DNA of 58,535 nt, filler included, from Sphacelaria rigidula (Eukaryota): NCBI GenBank assembly GCA_964200075.2. It is 5 parts of 5 records of this genome, joined end to end, with 100 filler letters (N's around TTAATTAATTAA, not from the genome) between each part and the next. Parts side by side here need not be neighbours in the genome. Positions count along the whole stretch, not along the records: positions 11,731 to 23,358 come from CAXNAA020004686.1; positions 23,459 to 35,085 come from CAXNAA020004687.1; 3 more parts are not named here. One strand, given 5' to 3'. How positions within the stretch are numbered: position 1 is the stretch's first letter; each line of letters opens with the position of its first letter. The notes under the pieces are model-generated. The model was not told the origin of the DNA, did not search any database, and was given only the letters and a program-made list of their open reading frames with translations. This document shows positions 12,334 through 24,812 of this stretch, in pieces. A program made the position numbers and the translations under genes.

Positions 12334-13101
12334 AGGCGTGTCTCGGCACTTTTTTTTTCGATCGAAAACGTGCGATCGAAGTTTTTCCTGCCGATCTTAT
12401 AGGTGCACCGCATTTATTTTCCTCGAGGGCTACCACTCAAAATTATAATTAGCGGCGCGCGGAGAGAATGCAACGAGTGAAAAAACATTCTTTCACGATC
12501 GAAAACATGCAGTCGAAAGGCACGAAGCGGCACTTGACTTTTGTCTTTCAGACCACGCCAAATAACACCCGTGAACAGGACCATGCAAACTACATCCAAC
12601 TCATTCTCAGCCACGACCGCAACCCTGCAGCATAGAGCGCGAGTTGAGCACAGGGTTAGATACACGAAAGTAGTTGGGTAGTGTGCATCTTCTCCCATGG
12701 TAGTCACCAGGGACGGAACTGCGTGCAGTACGGTGGGCAAACGAGTTGTGTGCACGCTCATGGGCAATGCAGGCAGTACAAAGCTGCACGTTGCTGAAGT
12801 TATTTTCAGGTTGCATTGTAAGCAGACAGAACTGATTGTCTCGGGCTGAATGCACAGCACATTGTCCGCTTCTCTTCCATACCCTCCTGAACGAAACACG
12901 CACACACGCACCCAAGACACCCTACTTGCAAGCAGTACAAACAGTACAGACCATGTGCCGTTTCATGAATTTCACCGTCTTTTTTCGATGAAAAGCTCGA
13001 AAATCCATCAGCGCCCAACTGCATCAAAATAAGATTTTTTCACTCGACTCAATTCCACCGCTCGTTTTTCGATCGAAAAAAAAAAATGCCAAGACACGCC
13101 C
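12334..13101. mobile_element. Non-autonomous TIR element, possibly PIF/Harbinger-like
   Basis: ~40-bp TIRs GGCGTGTCTYGGCA-poly(T)-CGATCGAAAA at both ends, flanked by TGA/TCA; sits inside a second weaker inverted pair (agggcatgaa ~12288 / ttcatgccctg ~13178-13188). Confidence 0.7.
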
Positions 13102-14224
13102 TCAGTCAAGGGCATCAACAGTAACATGCTCTCAACTCATAAACAAAAGCCTTTCGGTGCTTCGGTGACTCTGAATCTTCATGCCCTGTGCACTGTCCGT
13201 ACCAAATTTTACGCCCCAAATCTCAATATTGGCCGGCGCATGGGCCTTCAAACTTCAAATCCGCCTCTAGGCTGGCCCAGCTTGTACTTGTAGAGTGCAG
13301 ATTATAAAAGAGAGCGCCATAAAACTGTAGTAGTTTCGTGTGGGTTAATGGTTGGTCGCAGATTGACAGTCCCGCCGAGATCAGGGAGGCACGGACTTTT
13401 TTTTGGTGGAAGGGTTTCTGAAATCAAGATGCGTCACACAGGCACACTTCACTCTGTTTTATGGAGAGACATGAATTTAGTTGAGAACGGGATTCGACAC
13501 ACGGATTTGAGGTCAGTTTTCGTCACTTTTGACCGGCCCCTGGTGCGGGGAGTCACTCCACCAGTGGCTGTGGGTGCGGATACGACCCAATGCGCTGATT
13601 GTAGACGAGAGCGTCATAAAACCAGTCTTGCACCCTTTTATACCTACGCCAGGGCGTTTCCAACACTCGGATAGCAGGCGCCTTAGGAAGCAAAAACTCC
13701 AGCCCTTCGTGTACAGATGATCTACCATGCTCCTAATTTGTGGCATCGCATGCCGAACAGGTCAAGGCTATACCAGTTCTTGGCCCAAAAGTACCCCGGT
13801 ATACCTGATTCGATCTATTTTTCTGCTTCATCTTGCTCGCCGTCATTGGGTGAACTGCTTGTACTCATGGTCTGTGTACAGGTATCACCACACTACATAT
13901 CAAAGTGGTGATGTCTGTGAACGCCACGCGTTCAACAACTAGGGCGTGGAGACGAAGCGAGTTGAAGTGATTCTCGGTATTTTCGAGGCAAGATCATGCA
14001 CAACAGCTCTCACCTGTCTACCGCACAGACATTGACGCGGATTTTCGGTGAGAGGCGAGATAAGAGGCGGGACCGCCGCTGGCTCTGCCGACCTGAACCA
14101 TTTGCTGCCTTTTATGAACCACACCCCGTAGATGTACTCGCATGTATTGTGATTTTATCAACGAGGTCTACCGTTCCTATACTACAATCTATACAGGAAA
14201 CACACAAGCAAACGAATCCCTCAC

Positions 14225-15583
14225 ATCTTCACCATCCTCCACTGGCCGATGGTGCAGCTGGTACTGGGTGTTCGTACCCGTAACGAACCACAGCGTATCC
14301 ACCCCACATCGCTTGAACCCGGCACCCGCTAGGCACTGACCTGCAAGGTAGTCCCGAGAGCAAAGAAAAGCCGGAACGAGTGCGATATCCCGTATATAGA
14401 GGAAACAAGTGACGCTAAAATGTGGCACGTACACGACAATAGTATTTCTTGTGGCCGAGTTTGAAGTTGTTATGCGAACGGTGGACTCATGTAAAATATG
14501 ATCAATCGATTCGAGTGGTATCGCACGGGATCAAAAGGAGCAAACCTACCTGGATGTACAGCATGGTGGACATTTACGGTGTCTAGGGAACGCTAGGTGG
14601 GGGCGGGCAAGTTTGTAGCTCACATGACGGAGGAAAGTCTGGATTGAAATGATCCAGCAGGCCAAGCGCAAATAATATAGAACAACTACAAACTGTATCA
14701 GACTGCAGCACTCTTGTAGTGAAAGATAGCGGTGGCGTCATCCGGTTGAGACGAGTACCCGCAGGATGACGGAAGGATAACCAAGCTCTGTTCGGCCCAC
14801 CCGGAAGCAGTAAAACGGATTGAGGTCAGGTCACACAAACACAGAGCATCGCGCGTGCAATTGTAGCATGCACCCGAATCCGCTGTTATCTCGGTGCTAC
14901 TGCTGTAGATATAAGGCAACGTGTGTAAGGCACGACCATGCTCAGGTAGTGTTGCAATTTAGCATCGTCCTGCTCCCTGTACGGTGTTCGACACGAGTCC
15001 TACACTTGAACACAGATGAACACAGCCGGCGTACTCGTACGGTGTAGTGATGGCAGCTACTGAGGTTGACAACTTTCACGATCGCAATCGACGCCTCTGA
15101 GCGAGGACTAGGAACAAGCTGGTACCGAAGGAATGCATAAACAGACATAGGTGTCCCATCGACACTTGCTAGGACCAGAGTTACCCGCTCGCCCCCCGTC
15201 TGGAACATACGTGACACAGGCAGATGAAATTCAACATGCACCGTATGATCCATGAAACACCTAGATCGTGACATATGCATGATACATGGCCATTCAACAT
15301 ATGACACGCGTCCCCCATATACTTCTATAGAAGCAAGATCAGATGTACGGCAGAGTTGAGTTTGCAGCTGGGCCGCAACTCCAAAGGCTAGATTGAATGA
15401 GATAACGTGATACTTATAGAAGAAGCTCGTATCAGAGAGGCGAACACACTTACCGTCGGTTGGGTCTTGCAAGAAGAAGGATGGCTGCGTATTGGATGTG
15501 CTGGCAGCTGCTGCTCGAACAGCCGCCGCCACACCCAGTAACCCCAACCCTAAACTCTTGGAAGAGAGGACAAAAGCCCTCAT
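14225..15583 (-). CDS. Putative secreted protein, first two exons (15454-15583, 14225-14340), 3'-incomplete; possibly beta-trefoil/ricin-B-like
   Basis: Signal-peptide-like start MRAFVLSSKSLGLGLLGVAAAVRAAAAS; donor G|GTAAGT joins acceptor ttgcag|GT in phase to give FFLQDPTDGQCLAGAGFKRCGVDTLWFVTG...; the G-x-C-L...C...W spacing resembles trefoil repeats (inference). Confidence 0.7.
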
Positions 15584-17174
15584 CTTTAATTTATCACAAT
15601 CCCTCCTCTTCTGTTCAGTAATATGACTCTATCGGGCTCGCCCTGGTTAAGCACCAATGACAAGCCGCCAAGGTTGGCAGAGACTAGTCAGCAATGACTT
15701 GCTCAAGAGCTGGACACCCACGGCTACCCTCTATTTGCCTCGGTGCAATCCTGGGGATCTAGGACTCGATCTGTGAGTGGGTCTCGTGTCCTGTGTCCAT
15801 CTGTGATGAAAGCCATGATATTCTTGGGTCGAATGTGATGATTGATAAATATGGAAACCCCGGGAGAGTCATTGAATTCATCCCCTAGTAACCCCCCTAA
15901 CTCACTAAATAAGGTACCCCTGGTAATCATCCAAAATTTACCTCCCGGTTGCTGTATATGGGTTCTCGTGTTCTCTTGCAAGGCATCACCATAACGCTTC
16001 ACCTGTATAGAAGGGCTTCTGGTGCTAGCTTTGGTCGAGGAGGTAGCTGACTGTGAGTATCACGAAAGGTATCGATGGTGCTTCTTTCATTGTCAGTTCC
16101 CAGCTTTGACAGCTTTTGTGTAAGAAATGTGGCTAGCATCGCTAGCGCGTGTGTATGATGAGCAGGGTTCAAAAATAGCTGGCGCTCTTTTTTTTCTGTA
16201 CGTGTGAGAGGCTAGGCTATTCCTCTCCGCAGCACTACCTCATTCGTTTGAAAGATCTACTGCACTATCCTTGTACCCACCTCACGCTACCGTGAACAGT
16301 TCGATCAGGACACTGCTTTTCGCCAGGCTGAGAATTCGTTGAGTAAAGCATCACCGATGCGATACTTAGATACACTGGTGTCACCACTGGTTACTGTAAA
16401 GTTACGTTTCCCCCCCCCCCCTGCCTTCCTAGTTCATCCTGCCAGGAAATGTTGGCGTGATGATTGTGGCAGATGTGCCTTCCTGTGACCCCGTCCACCT
16501 GCCTGTTATCCTGCGTGTTGGGGGCCTCTTGAGCTTGGTTTGCGATACGTACTCATGCTCAAGTAAGAATGCCCGCGCTATGCAGTCCGCTGTGCACTGC
16601 GCTAGCTTGATGAATGCATCCACTCAATCCTGCTTGCATGTATGCATCCCTGTAGTAGAGACGAATAGTCGTGCTTGCTGTTCAAACCGCGGTACAGTTC
16701 ATGTGTTTCACCAGCAGTTGTACAGGTACTAGTTGTGTTCGGTGAGAGAGGCAGTGATGACTGAATTAAAAAGCACCAACGATCAACGACTTCGCGTACA
16801 AAAATACTGTACCGGACGACCACGCTCATGATCTATCTCGCATATCTCCACACCCGCCGAAGCAGGAGTGCAGCGCAGGAGGTGTGTAACCATAACCTCC
16901 TGCTTCAGTTCGCAAGTGGTTGAAGGGTCATTTGTGCGGTCTGGGCAATGCACTCTTGAGAGGGTGTGACACGCGGCGCGCGGAGAGCAGTCCAGGGACA
17001 AGCACAAGCTTTAGTGATATCCAAGCCGCTTCAGTACGAAGTGCATCACTCTTCAGCGCTCGTTGCACAGCAGCAACGCGCACATTGTAGCAAACACCAA
17101 TAACAATATACAGGAGGGAGGGAGAGCAGCGGCAAAACGCTCACAGACGAGAGTGATTATCGGAGTGACTGAGG

Positions 17175-18268
17175 ATGCACTTGGAGCAAAACCACAGGCG
17201 TCCCGCGCCGCGGCAGCATTCCTCCACGATTACCTCAACCATCTTCGCCCCTACTCGTAGCAGGCGGCTGCATGCATCCGCCACCGCGCTGCTGGCACTA
17301 GCACCGGTGGGAATGACCACCGGCTTTGTGCCCCCCGCGACTACCACCGTCCGCCCGACATCTTCATCATCGTTGTCACCATCGAGCAGCCTACTACCGA
17401 GCGGCGTCCGATCTCTCGCCGGCGGTGGCGGCGGGAGCTACCGGAGTACGACTGACAACAACCGGCCAGCAGTGCCATCTATCGCCGCATCGTTGGCCAG
17501 CTCAGGCTTAGCGCGCGTCCTAGCACGAGAAGGGAGAAGCGGCAGTGGCGACAGCACTCGACGTGTTCGCGCAAGCGGTGTCGCTCTCGCCGCATCCGCC
17601 GGTGGCGGCGGAGGAAGCCGCGGTAACGGTAACGGTAGCGGTGAGCGCATGGACGCGAAGAACTCAAACAGGAGCCGGAAAGTCCCGACCGGCGCCAATG
17701 GTTATTCGGTCGCCGGAAGGACAGGGGGAGCAGCCGCGGGCGGTGGCAAGTCAAACGTCGGGGGCAGGCAAGCAACACGTCGAGAAGGTGAGAGTAGGCC
17801 GTGGAGGACATCGGGGGATATACCAGGGCTTGTGGTGGGTGTCGGAATTCTAGCGACACGGCATCGGCGTGAGTTTCGCGCGGAGCAGGAGCAACAGGCA
17901 GTATCCAACGCGCCCTCGGCGGCGGCAGCCGCGGCGGATAGAGATGAAAGGGAACACACGCCTATGGTGGAGATTGGTTTGGCGGGCGCGGGCGCCGGGG
18001 CGGGGTTGGGGTCAACGCGCGCGATGATGATGGTGGCACGACGTAGCGGTGGCGAGCGGGGGGATGGTGGGCGGGAGGGCAGCGGCAGCGCCTGTGTGGA
18101 GGGTGATGATAAATTTGGGGAGGCGGAGGAGGAGGAAGGAGCGCGGACGGAGGTGGAGGAGGAGACCGGGGTAGAGCAGGAGGACTCCCGGTACCGCCGG
18201 GCTGACGTGGTGAGCTCAGCATTGGGGCATTTCTTGTCTTGTCATGGTGTGGATGATGGAATCGTAGG
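17175..18268 (+). CDS. First exon of a putative plastid-targeted protein (bipartite presequence), function unknown
   Basis: 365-codon GC-rich ORF; hydrophobic ATALLALAPVGMTTG followed by FVPP (resembles the ASAFAP-type cleavage motif) and a Ser/Thr-rich transit-like region; ends at donor GG|GTGAGC. A phase-compatible candidate next exon starts at 21786 (CPATVCSYLDSSYMRGAGKQ). Confidence 0.65.
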
Positions 18269-19699
18269 GTGAGCGCGGGGGCGGGGCGTCGACTGCTTGC
18301 AGTGTTCGATCCGTTGGCATCATGCGTTCGCTTAAAATACGCTGAATCTGAATTGCAGTTGCTTCTCAAGAGGACAGGGGTGTGCTTTCCGGTACTGCGC
18401 GGTACTGTGCTATGCTGTATGGACATAAGTTTGTATTCTGATCCTTCTCAATAGCACTGCAATTCATCTCTTGGTCACAGTAGTGCACACCTCTTCGCCA
18501 CGTTTACTACTGTAGACCAATTGAGCCATTACATGGGCTGCATGCAAGCCCCACCTATTAACATCCGATGAACTCCCCCTTCCTTTCGAGGGCGCCGTGC
18601 GTTTCAGGCAGATGCGTATTGTTCATCCTCCGGTGGCATATCGTATGTTGGAAATGGTGCTAGCATGAAAAAAAACATTGAAGAATACCCTCGAAATATC
18701 TCTGGAGAAAAAAATCCGAATTTTGTTTTGATGACCACCATTACTACCACCATCACCTGCATATTGGTGTGCCAGCGGGGGGCAGATTCTGCGCGGTGCA
18801 TAGCAAGGGGTTTATCGTGATACCGCAGCTGTTGCACGTAGAAACAACGACGGGACAAATGTATTCATTCCTTGACCATCGCATCGGCCCTTCATTTCAG
18901 ACCCGCTATCGAAAAACGACAAAATCGTGCTGTGGAGTGCCGAGTCTGAGAGCCTACTTTTGACGTTCGAAATAAAAGTCTTGCTCGTCACGGAGGGAAC
19001 GTGGGTGGAGTCTTGTACACCAGCGAAATGTAGTGCTGGGGGAATGCATACTTTGTTTGGTATCCTTACCTTGAAAGCAACGCGGAGCACCAACGGGCTA
19101 ATTCCCCCTCGGGCGAGAGTCCTATGGGCGCCCGTCTTCCGAAGATCCTGCAGACGGGCCGGTTGCAAACGAGCAGAGGCACTTCTTGATATGACAATCA
19201 TTACATGTAGATACAGTTGGCACCGACTAATTCAAATGCAAAGAGTACTATTTCTTGTATGGGTGATTGTTTATGACAAGATACGAGCTGGGCCAACTGA
19301 CAGTGATTTTATGAAGGAAGAACGGCGATGCGATTGGTAGTTCGAAGAGTCAGGCGGTGAAATTTTGACACGACATTTTTATCAACCGGTGCAACCCTAT
19401 TGAGGGTGCAAAGGAAAGAAAAAAACATGAAGTTGTAGCGAGTTGAAGCTTCAGGAAAAACAGGGAAAATGCTATAACTCCGTGAAAAATTGATAGGAAC
19501 ACCTGCACCCCAACCAACATTTTGGGCACTGGCGTCCAGGACATTCTGGTCAATTTTCGGCCCTGAATACCTCAAATTGGGCGTCGCATTGCGCTTTTCG
19601 TTTGACATGGCTGCGCTGCTTCAATCCAAGTGATACAGGAGACTCCAGTTATGGAGATCATGAGATGCAGATTCTCCTTTTTTTTTCGTCCGTCGTTAA

Positions 19700-20596
19700 C
19701 CCTTGGGGAACCCTCCCCTCCCGTCCCCTGTCCAAACTCTGACAAAGAAGAAAAATATGGAAAAAGAAAATACCGACAACAACCATTTTTACGTTGGAAG
19801 GCCACGGAAGAATCCACCGACATACGTCATGCTCGCACCACAAATGTCGCTCCGGTGCGGTCGGGTTAGTTTTATCGAATGAGGGGACGTAACGGGTCAA
19901 GCATGTTCAACTTTGTGCACACGGCAAAAATCAGCACCGCGGCCTCTGAATTTCATGCAACAAGAATCAGTACCACCTGTATATTTTCTATCTATTTCTC
20001 AGTTCGGACGAATCATCGCCGGTTCGAATAAGCAAATCCACGATTTTTCGGGCCTGATTGCTCGAAAGAGACGAAAACAGTCGACCGCTGGTCAAGCAGA
20101 TCTCCACGCAGCTTTTGCGCCATTCCACGTGCCTGGACTGCGCGTACCTGGGTTGCGACGCTGAAAAACCAAGCCCAAGGATTGATTCGTACGGTACGAA
20201 TCAGTTACACGAAAATCAAGTAATTTTCGGACGAATCATTAATTCGTCCGACCCTTGCTATGTTTAGTCCCGTGTGGCACTGCGGCACATATTTATACAG
20301 GTGACGCATCCCACCGGAGTATTGTGCTGCAGTCCGGAGGCCGGAGGCCGTACCCGCCCAACACATTGGCAAGCGTGCTAAGCCACATCACAGAAACAAA
20401 GTAGTATGGCCGTGGAAGGTTTGAGGTGGGATACAATATTTACGCGATTCACCGCAAGTTTGAAGCGGTCGTGGGTCTGAAAAACACGCCTTGGGCAAAA
20501 TATTGGTCCTTGAAAGCTGCAAACGATCAACCATATGTTGTTGAAAAAGCAGCACCTCGAAATCAGCACATTTTTACAGTGCCAGTACCAAAAGAG
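19700..20596. mobile_element. piggyBac-like non-autonomous element
   Basis: TTAA duplication at 19696-99 and 20597-600; ends CCCTT.../...AAGAG; the homologous position in copy 2 of the host MITE is an empty site (tccgtcg-TTCA-ggtcatata). Confidence 0.8.
19998..20257. mobile_element. hAT-like MITE family copy nested in the piggyBac-like element
   Basis: Reverse-complement homologue of 41692-41949 over the full length. Confidence 0.8.
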
Positions 20597-21324
20597 TTAA
20601 GGTCATATATTGTGCAGTTTTTTTTCTTTCTTTCATTCAGTGGCGGTGCCGTGTTTTACCAGGTTTGGTCTGCTGTTCACAGTGATATGCTCAAGTCGCG
20701 CTGATTTGGGAAAATTGGGAGGTGTGGCGTGGAAAGCGAACACGGGATTCACTGCTGGCCCAGCCTGTAGTGTAGTGTACTTGTTTTGGTCCGTGTCCAC
20801 TCTATTCGCGTAGTTATCACTTGACACCCAAACCTCGATATGTCATCATTTCTTCCCGAGAGAGAGTAACGGCCACAAACAAACGTAGCGGGGGGCATGT
20901 GTCGGGACGGGGGAAAATGTGTAACGGGCGAACGCTCGGCACACACACAGCTATCGCAAGCTCCCTGAATCTACGTGAGCCCCATCCTTCCACCTTTGCT
21001 TTTTTCCTCGCACATTGAACCCCTCCCCTTCCTCGGGATGACTTCATGGTCTATCCCTCCATTAAAAAAGTAAAAAGTAAAATTCCGAATCCCTACCAAG
21101 GCCCCGTCCAACCGGTGTTCAACTAGGCCCCGGGGGAGGCCAGGACGTTATTCCATTGATTGCGCTCCCCGCTTACAGGATCAGGGAGGGCTGAGTGCGA
21201 CAGCAGCAGGAAGGCTGCGGCTTTTCTGCTTGTGCACGTACTCCGCACCACCGCAGGCTCCCTGCATTCCCTAGTGCAGCTCCGCCTACTGTTGATATTG
21301 CAGATGACTTCTTACAGTTGCCGT

Positions 21325-21496
21325 GTACGCCCAGCTTCTCGTATTCATCCCTAGTCGGGTACGAAGCGGACCATTTTCTCTCCGTCGTTTCCATCTTTGG
21401 TTATAATTATGTATGCCCAGCTTCTCGTATTCATCCCTAGTCGGGTACGAAGCGGGCCATTTTCTCTCCGTCGTTTCCATCTTTGGTTATATATAT
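21325..21496. repeat. Recent 86-bp tandem duplication
   Basis: Two near-identical units starting at 21325 and 21411. Confidence 0.95.
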
Positions 21497-22453
21497 ATGT
21501 ATACATATATGTCCGCTTACGTAGTCCTCCCTCTCTATGCTTTTTCGTTCTCGATACATTCGAGGCAGTACTGGCACGCTTTCCGAGCACGTTTTGATGC
21601 TGTTGTGCTGCATGTTACATGATCTCAACTCCGCTGTGCTCTGCCGCTGCTGCATTGCTGCTGTAGTGCCGTGCAACCATAATGTCTTTTCTCATCAGCG
21701 GCTGGACAGAGCAGTACCAAACAAAAAAAACTTGGTTCACGGTATCTTGCGCACAAGGTCTACGTTGTCTCTCATCTCTGCGCAGGTGTCCGGCGACGGT
21801 ATGCAGCTATCTTGACAGTTCATATATGAGAGGGGCAGGCAAGCAGGTCGCCAAGACTACGAAAAAAAAGGCGAAGATTTACCTCTTTTTTTATGTGTTC
21901 AATGAGCTCAGTTGTCGATATAGTATAGCTTTGGTCAGACAAAACCTGATTGCGGGGTGGGCGATCAACAACGATATGCGCGGGAACATATGCGAACAAC
22001 TGACCGATCAAAGCTATCAAAACTGTGTTTGAAACTCTCGGCCGCTGTAGGCCCGCCTACCGCTCAACCTAGGATTTTACGGGAGACACGCCTATTTCAA
22101 ATCCGGGAGACATTGCGATAAAACTGGGAACCCGCAACCCACTTTCCCCGTAATGCCCGAGACCTGTCAACCCGCGATATTGTTCCGAGATTACGTTCGC
22201 AGTCGAGAAGGTTTACCGTAGACGACCGCCAAGCGTTGCAGGGGCCTTTGTTTGTTTGTTGAGAACCTGTTTCTCAAGTATAGTGGACAATAGTTTACAC
22301 GCCGGACAGCTCGTGAGCTACGTGAAACAACGACGTAATCAAAGAGGACTCTCCGATCCGATGGTCCAAAAGCACGAGGTACCTGACCGCGGGGTCAGAG
22401 AAGCCGAAGCGCAAGCTTTGTGCTGCTCGGCCTGCTCGGCGTCCGGCGCTGTA

Positions 22454-23075
22454 CGAGCTGGGCCAGCAGTAAATCCTGCATTCGCTTTCCACACCACAAC
22501 TTCTCGAGTTTTCCAAATCAGCGCTACTTGAGCATATCGCTGTAAAGTGCAGACCAACCTGGTAACACACAGCACCGCTGCTGAATGAAGAATAATGATG
22601 AAAACAAATGTACTGCACGATATATGACCTGAACGACGGACGGCAAAAAAAAAAAGAGAATCTGTCGGGATTCGATCTCGAAACCTCCGTATTTGAAGTC
22701 TCTTCTACATCACTTGAATTAAACAGGCGCAGCCGTGTCACAGGAAAAGTGCGGCGCAAAGCCCAATTTAAGGTATTTTTGGCCGAAACTTTACCAGGAT
22801 GTCGTTGACGCGAGTGCCCGCATGTGTTGGGGCCTTGTCGTCGTTTTCATCAATTTTCAAGGAAGTCATAGCATTTTTCCTCCTTCTGCTGAAACTTCAA
22901 CTCGCTCTAACTTCATGTTTTTTTCCCTCTCCACCACTAATAGGGTTGCGCGGGTTGCTGACAAAACTGTCGTGTCAGAATTTCAGCGCCCAACTCTTCG
23001 AATTACCAGCGGCATCTCCACTCTTCGTTCAAAAATGGAAAAAATATTTACACAGAGTCCACATGAGCTAACTCG
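22454..23075. mobile_element. Tc1/mariner-like MITE (copy 2, uninterrupted, inverted relative to copy 1)
   Basis: Starts TA-CGAGCTGGGCCAGCAG; colinear reverse complement of 19284-19699 plus 20601-20767; the right terminus is degenerate. Confidence 0.75.
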
Positions 23076-23260
23076 TGATCCGGATCAATACACTAATAAT
23101 AAGTTATATTTAGGTAGGCTCATGAGTTGTCCAACGTGTGCAACAGCTGCACTGTACTGTGGGAGGTGGATGCTTTCATATTTTAACCATAGTATTGTGG
23201 TACCAGCTGGCCTCGGGTGGATACATATGGACATATTTGTGATTTTTTTCCCGAAGATTG

Positions 23261-23358
23261 CAAGGATCGGACAAATCAATGATTCGTCTGGAAATTACCC
23301 GGCTCTAGTGTAATTGATTCGAATCGTACGAATCAATCCCTAGGCTTTGTTTTCAGCG
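23261..23358. mobile_element. hAT-like MITE family copy truncated by contig end
   Basis: caaggatcggacaaatcaatgattcgtc...gtacgaatcaatccctaggctttgttttcagcg matches the start of 41692-41949. Confidence 0.7.
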
Positions 23359-23458
23359 NNNNNNNNNNNNNNNNNNNNNNNNNNNNNNNNNNNNNNNNNN
23401 NNTTAATTAATTAANNNNNNNNNNNNNNNNNNNNNNNNNNNNNNNNNNNNNNNNNNNN
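23359..23458. other. Artificial contig-joining linker 2
   Basis: 44 N + TTAATTAATTAA + 44 N. Confidence 0.97.
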
Positions 23459-23942
23459 GGTATGTGGGAGCGGGGCAGGGGAGCGGCCGGGGGGGCGGGG
23501 GAGGGTCGGGGGGGCGGGGGTGGGGGTGGGCGGGGGGCTGTGAGGGCATTCATCGGCCCCGTTAAGACGAAGAAAATGTCACAGATATCCACGTTTCGGA
23601 TAATGATCCTTTTGGACGAACTTTTGCCGTCGTGATCACGCGCGAAGTGAGTACTCGTACGGAAATCAAATCACTCGAGTTCAGCGTGGTATATATCACG
23701 TTCGCTTGACTAGAGTGTGTTTTATGAATCTAAATGGTCTCTTGATTCTAGTGTATCTAAAAAACTACTTGGTTGTAGTGTCGACTAGAAATAGATTTGT
23801 CGTGGATGACACCAACCACAACTACCTGGAATATGTGGTCGGATCAATCAAGTAATAGGTGCAGCGTGGAGCGGTTGAGTCGTTTTTTTTTCTTGACGCA
23901 CAGTGCACAGTTTTCTTCTTCAGGTGTCCGACCACAACTTTT

Positions 23943-24462
23943 CACACCGTGGATAATGGCAATATGTGGTCCATAGACGCAATAGACAAGAAATGTACTG
24001 GGTAAAGTATAATCCTATTGCAAGCAAGGTTACGGTTTGCTGTACTCATCATGGGGTTACCCGCGCCTGTGTCTAATTGCATACTTATTTCTCTCTCGCA
24101 ACTGCAATATATGCCGTGATCGAGGTATCGATGTCCATACACGAAGTGATGGGTCGAGACATGTCGATCGCCCACAAGGTAGTCGATATCTCAACCCAGA
24201 ACAGCGTGCCTCGTATCACGGGGGAAACTACCCTCCCCACGTGACCACCATACAAACAACTCTCATCACTCCAACAATCCTCACCCTCATCACTCCAGCG
24301 ACTCTCGCCATTCCAGGACCTCTCACCCTCGTGCGAACTTTGTACAGCGGAATGAGAGTCTTTTGACGGCCGACACAATAGTTGCAATGTGTCTATACTT
24401 TACCCAGTACACTTTTTGTCCACTGCATCTATTATCCATATATTGTCATTTTCCGGAGAGTG
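23943..24462. mobile_element. MITE with ~70-bp TIRs, hAT-like (CA...TG, 8-bp near-TSD)
   Basis: 23943-24011 is an imperfect inverted repeat of 24395-24462 (core tgtactgggtaaagtata); flanks caactttt / caattttt. Confidence 0.7.
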
Positions 24463-24470
24463 CAATTTTT

Positions 24471-24716
24471 CAAGGGTGGGACAAATCATCGAATCGTGGC
24501 TAGTTTGAATCACAAAATCTACAATCACTCTAGAGATAAATAGATGACAGTTGACGGCGGGTGAAAAACGTCTTCATGCATTTTTTTCGCTCTTCCACGT
24601 GGCTGGGGTGCGCGTACCTGAAAACAAAGGCCAAGGATTGATTGATTCGTACGGTACGAATCGGTTACATAAAAGCAAGTGATTTTCAGACGAATCATTG
24701 CTTCATTTGACTGTTG
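24471..24716. mobile_element. hAT-like MITE family copy
   Basis: caagggtgggacaaatca ... gattcgtacggtacgaatc ... ; flanks caattttt / catttttt (7/8 TSD match). Confidence 0.75.
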
Positions 24717-24812
24717 CATTTTTTCAACGCACGAGTGCAGTACGCGGTAGAGTAAAACGTTTCTCGACCGTCTTTCATTTTACATGATTGAATCGAATTG
24801 CTTCCCTTCCTT

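Larger units (their letters stand above)
19284..20767. mobile_element. Tc1/mariner-like MITE (copy 1), interrupted by nested insertions
   Basis: TA-CGAGCTGGGCCA ... TGGCCCAGCCTG-TA termini; the body aligns in inverted orientation to 22454-23075. Confidence 0.8.

Noticed and set aside
12414-12920. 168-aa minus ORF as a further exon of the secreted protein
   Set aside because: It lies inside the TIR element 12334-13101 and lacks a convincing phase-0 continuation.
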